A stretch of DNA of 37,177 bases, from assembly GCF_001194135.2 (NCBI RefSeq), contig NC_068994.1, forward strand, positions 48,429,191-48,466,367, read 5' to 3'. Positions 33,331 through 37,177 of this stretch are shown here, piece by piece. Within the stretch, counting starts at the first letter, position 1; each line of letters opens with the position of its first letter. The notes beneath the pieces are model-generated. The model was not told the origin of the DNA and made no database searches. It saw only the letters and a program-made list of their open reading frames with translations. A program made the position numbers and the translations under genes. The stretch is from Octopus bimaculoides. Taxonomy: Eukaryota.

Positions 33331-34362
33331 TATGCAGTATATATTTATATACGTATATGTAAATATGTATAGAAAAAATTATTGGGATAAGCAAGTTAGA
33401 CATATCTAATATATTAAATATATTAAGTACATCAAATACAAAATATGTATATAAATATACATGCAAGATGAGAGAAAGAAAAAGACGAAAACTTTCAAAT
33501 GATGAATGATGAATTTATATGTATAAACATATAGATATTTATATTAATAGGTTCAACTTACACAGAGTACAATTAACAGAGAAATTCAAAGGGGTGGAAT
33601 AAAGGTATTATGAGTCCAACAGCTGTTTCTGGGGAGCTTGGTGATCCATAATAATGTTGGTAGATTTAGTTCATCACAAAATACAGCCACATGGACGCAT
33701 ATGCATTTAACAGAGGGTGGGAAGAGCCTCCTTCATCAAGGGAGAGAGGATCTTACATTTCAGGTCTTAATGCAGAGAAGTTCAAAGATGGAATGATTAA
33801 ATGTGAAGAGCTAAGTGTATAAGTGGGGGGACTGGGGAGTATTGAGAGAAGGAATGTGAGAGGAGAAAAGATAGTTCAAGAAGAGTGAGGGGTTAATAAT
33901 GAGGCTAGCAAGGGAGTAGTAGTGGAGGTGGGGAGTAGGAAGGTGAATAGGAGGGTGAGGTAGATAGTATATGAATGGTAGTCTATTGAGTTGAGCTTGT
34001 TAAAGTGTAGGGATGTAAGCTATAGAACTATTGGTTGGGATAGTGAGAAAATGAATGGCAAATATTTGAGGGAAGTAAGGTGTCTAGTTCAGTGGCAGGG
34101 GGAGATTACTAAGGTATTTAGAAATGTAAGAGAAGATAGAGGTGGGTGAGTTGGTGGTCAAGATTTCTTTGTAATCATAATTTACACCGTTTGAAAGGTA
34201 TTTATATAAAATTTCCTTAAAAAATACCTATTTTTCAGAAAGTTATGAGGGGGAGAATGTTGGGCCCTGTGAATTTTCTGAAATTCCTCTCCCCAAATTC
34301 TCAAAAAATTATTTTCCAACAAATTTTTACACACTCACAATCTACAGGATATAAGCGATTAT

Positions 34363-34640
34363 TTGGTGGGACCTGCTGTAAGCCCTGGTGTTACCATCCA
34401 TAATGTGAAGAAGAGGAAAATCAATAGATACAGGGGCCTGGCCAGCCACTTTCAGTTTGAGCCAGTTGCTGTTGAGGCATCAGGCATTCTGGGACCCTGT
34501 ACTACTGATTTCTTCTGCAAAATAGGGATAGCAGTGGCTCATCGGAGAAACATACCTCAAGAGGTGGAACGGCTACTGCAGCAAGTATCGCTGGCCATTC
34601 TCTGTGGCAACGCCATCATGGACATTACTGCTGGGGATGG
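34363..34640 (+). mobile_element. CRE-like non-LTR retrotransposon restriction-like endonuclease C-terminal fragment
   Basis: KRKINRYRGLASHFQFEPVAVEASGILGP...FFCKIG...EVERLLQQVSLAILCGNA fits the K..KY..L...F.PVAVET.G..G...QR.S.A..RGNA pattern. Confidence 0.7.
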
Positions 34641-35613
34641 CTGATCACCCCCACTTGTTCTGGGATATGTGTCCCATTGCCCCTCTGCCTCCTTTTTTCT
34701 TTTTTTCTTTTTTACTCATCTTTTTGAAGTATTTATTAGTAAGCAAAGAAACTAAGTTTATAATGGTTTATTTCTCAAAACTAAAAACGAAGAAACAAAT
34801 GCAAAAGAAAAACACAAAAAACAAAAGCACTAATGAAATTTGAACTCATACATTGTGATCTAAACTGAGGATAAAATTAGAAAAAAAACAAGTTTAATTA
34901 ATAATGTTTATTCTAAGTGTTATTATAAACTATGAAACAGGTTTAATTAATTAACTTTAATCACACTTACTCAGGCCTGCTTCCCAGTAATTCAATTGAA
35001 AATAACAGTGAGAAATAGAACAGAAGTGACTATATCCAGGACAAAGGCCAAGGCTGTTGTTATCTATTGCACACCTGTTGCCTTTTAAAGAATGCTCCTG
35101 ATGCCCTCTGCCTTTCATTGAGTTTCTCTCCAAATACTGTTCCTGTCAGTAGGATATTGCACCCAGAACATCTGATACCCTGAGCTATGTACTGGTGCAA
35201 TGGAAGGGTGTTTTGTTGTTGTTAAGTAAGCTACTTCAAAAGGAATATTTGTTTGAAAGGTGTTGAGATTTGAAGGGTAACCTTGAACATTATCAGTTGC
35301 CAATTATAATTTTAGTTTAAGGTTGAGTTCTTGGCAATTTATTTTCTCTTCTGGGTTTGAAACACACCACTCCATGATGGAAATTTCTATTGTTATGCTG
35401 GCCTTTTTGTTTGATTTCCATATTGTAGGCTGATGCCTCATTGATCCTTCCTGAGTCAATATATACTCATAAAGTCAGTTTCCTAGCTTCCATGGTACAT
35501 ATTTTCCCCTGTGAACAAAATTACTCATTTTTAGCTGAATGAACTGGAGAAATGAAAAATGAAGTGTTTTGCTCAAGAGTACAATGCATGCCCCAGTGTT
35601 AATTTTTTTTAAT

Positions 35614-35917
35614 GCTTTCCTACTCTGGGCACAAGGACCAAAATTATTTTTGGTAGGGGAAGGGGCCAGTCGATTAGATCAACCTCCAGTATGTAACTGG
35701 TACTTAATATATCAACCTCGAAAGGATGAAAGGCAAAGTCAACCTTGGCGGAATTTGAACTCAGAATGTAAAGACAGATGAAATACCACTAAGCATTTAG
35801 CCTGGCATGCTAATGTTTCTAATTTCTTTACTGCCCACAAGGGGCTTACACACAGTGGGGATAAACAAGGACAGACAAACGGATTAAGTCAATTATATCG
35901 ACCCCAGTGCGTAACTG
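35614..35917 (-). mobile_element. SINE-like family A variant plus an adjacent related 3' fragment
   Basis: Shares ccagt...aactggtactt...gaaaggatgaaaggcaaagtc..cct..gcggaatttgaactcagaa with the 9010 and 19027 copies. Confidence 0.75.
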
Positions 35918-35977
35918 ATGGTGGGGGACACAAACACAGACACAGACACAAATATGCACACACACACGCATATCCAT

Positions 35978-36016
<39 letters not shown>

Positions 36017-36215
36017 NNNNNNNNNNNNNNNNNNNNNNNNNNNNNNNNNNNNNNNNNNNNNNNNNNNNNNNNNNNNNNNNNNNNNNNNNNNNNNNNNNNN
36101 NNNNNNNNNNNNNNNNNNNNNNNNNNNNNNNNNNNNNNNNNNNNNNNNNNNNNNNNNNNNNNNNNNNNNNNNNNNNNNNNNNNNNNNNNNNNNNNNNNNN
36201 NNNNNNNNNNNNNNN

Positions 36216-36336
36216 ACTATGTTATTTTGCCAACCTGGTTTACATATAGAAGTACAAAGTACATAAGGAATTATCCTCTAATTCCTTATGTACTTTGTAC
36301 TTCTATATGTAAACCAGGTTGGCAAAATAACATAGT
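36216..36336. repeat. Perfect 58-bp inverted repeat with a 5-nt loop, abutting an N gap
   Basis: 36216-36273 is the exact reverse complement of 36279-36336. Confidence 0.9.
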
Positions 36337-36509
36337 CTGCCATAGACACCTGTGCTTTGGTTCTTTCTTTCTTTTTCTTTTCTTCCTTTTTTTGTCACTT
36401 TTGCTATGAATTAAATTAATGAATTCAACGGGATACACCATCTGCAAGTAGTTGGGTTCAGCATATTATCCTCCATTTTCTAATTGTTATATATATATAT
36501 ATATATATA

Positions 36510-36665
36510 TGACGGACTTCTTTCAGTTTCTGTCTACTAAATCCACTCAAAAAGGCTTTGGTCGGCCTGAGTCTATAGTAGAAGACACTTGCCATGCAGT
36601 GGGACTGAACCCGGAACCATGTGGCTGAGAAGCATGCTTCTTACCACACAGCCCCACTGTGCCTG
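36510..36665 (-). mobile_element. Family B SINE head
   Basis: Matches 23720-23868. Confidence 0.8.
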
Positions 36666-37138
36666 TGTCAAGCTTTATTTAGCATATTTGAAAATGTTGA
36701 GGATCACTTGGAGTTGCAGGTTGTTTTGCATGCATGCCAGGTGGAAAAATTGTGAGAACAACGTGAGTATATGTGGGAATATTTATATGTAACAATCCAT
36801 AGTTTCTTGTAGTAATTGTTATATTAATAAGGTTATGCTACTGAAAATGTTTTATAAAGGGATGGGGTTGGGGGAGAATGCTATAGCAAATCAGTACTAA
36901 ATGGAGTTGCAATATATGAGGAACCATGTGTCTGTGCATACACACATACATATGTATATATATGTGTGTGTATATATATATACAGACAGGACACAGAAGT
37001 GTGTCAATAGCCAGCTGGAGGAGATGTCCTCCTGGGGCTAAAAGCAACAGTAACATCCACCCCTCGGGGTCAGCCACATTTAAGTGGCAAATATACTTCA
37101 CTTTATCGTGCAGTTACTGTTAATACCTCGTTCAGAGA

Positions 37139-37177
<39 letters not shown>

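Noticed and set aside
33715-33755. Second hammerhead-like motif (minus strand UUGAUGAAGGAGGCUCUUCCC)
   Set aside because: The first box is altered and no GAAA follows the stem; at most a dead relic.

Overview
Eukaryotic, AT-rich, repeat-dense genomic DNA with five N gaps. The SINE/MITE repertoire and microsatellite load point to an octopus (coleoid cephalopod) draft assembly (inference). One protein-coding gene is supported on the + strand: a GPR180/TMEM145-family (GOST, seven-transmembrane) protein. It has two coding exons (exon 1 ending at 6778, exon 2 at 24575-25753) joined by a 17.8-kb phase-0 GT-AG intron. Exon 1 is the 3' end of a 2-kb stop-free frame that could add about 490 low-complexity residues N-terminally. 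The rest is transposon debris and microsatellites: three dispersed SINE-like families, mariner/Tc1 relics and MITEs, TTAA-flanked MITEs, and Dong/R4, CRE-like, RTE, other LINE and Penelope fragments. Most notable: the long in-frame extension; a candidate minimal hammerhead ribozyme (7246-7281, minus); a 443-bp LTR derivative with a tRNA-Trp primer-binding site and 4-bp TSD inserted exactly in a mariner WVPHEL motif; two more nested insertions; long hairpins; and a CpG gradient suggesting gene-body methylation. Repeat boundaries were read by eye and are approximate unless termini are quoted.
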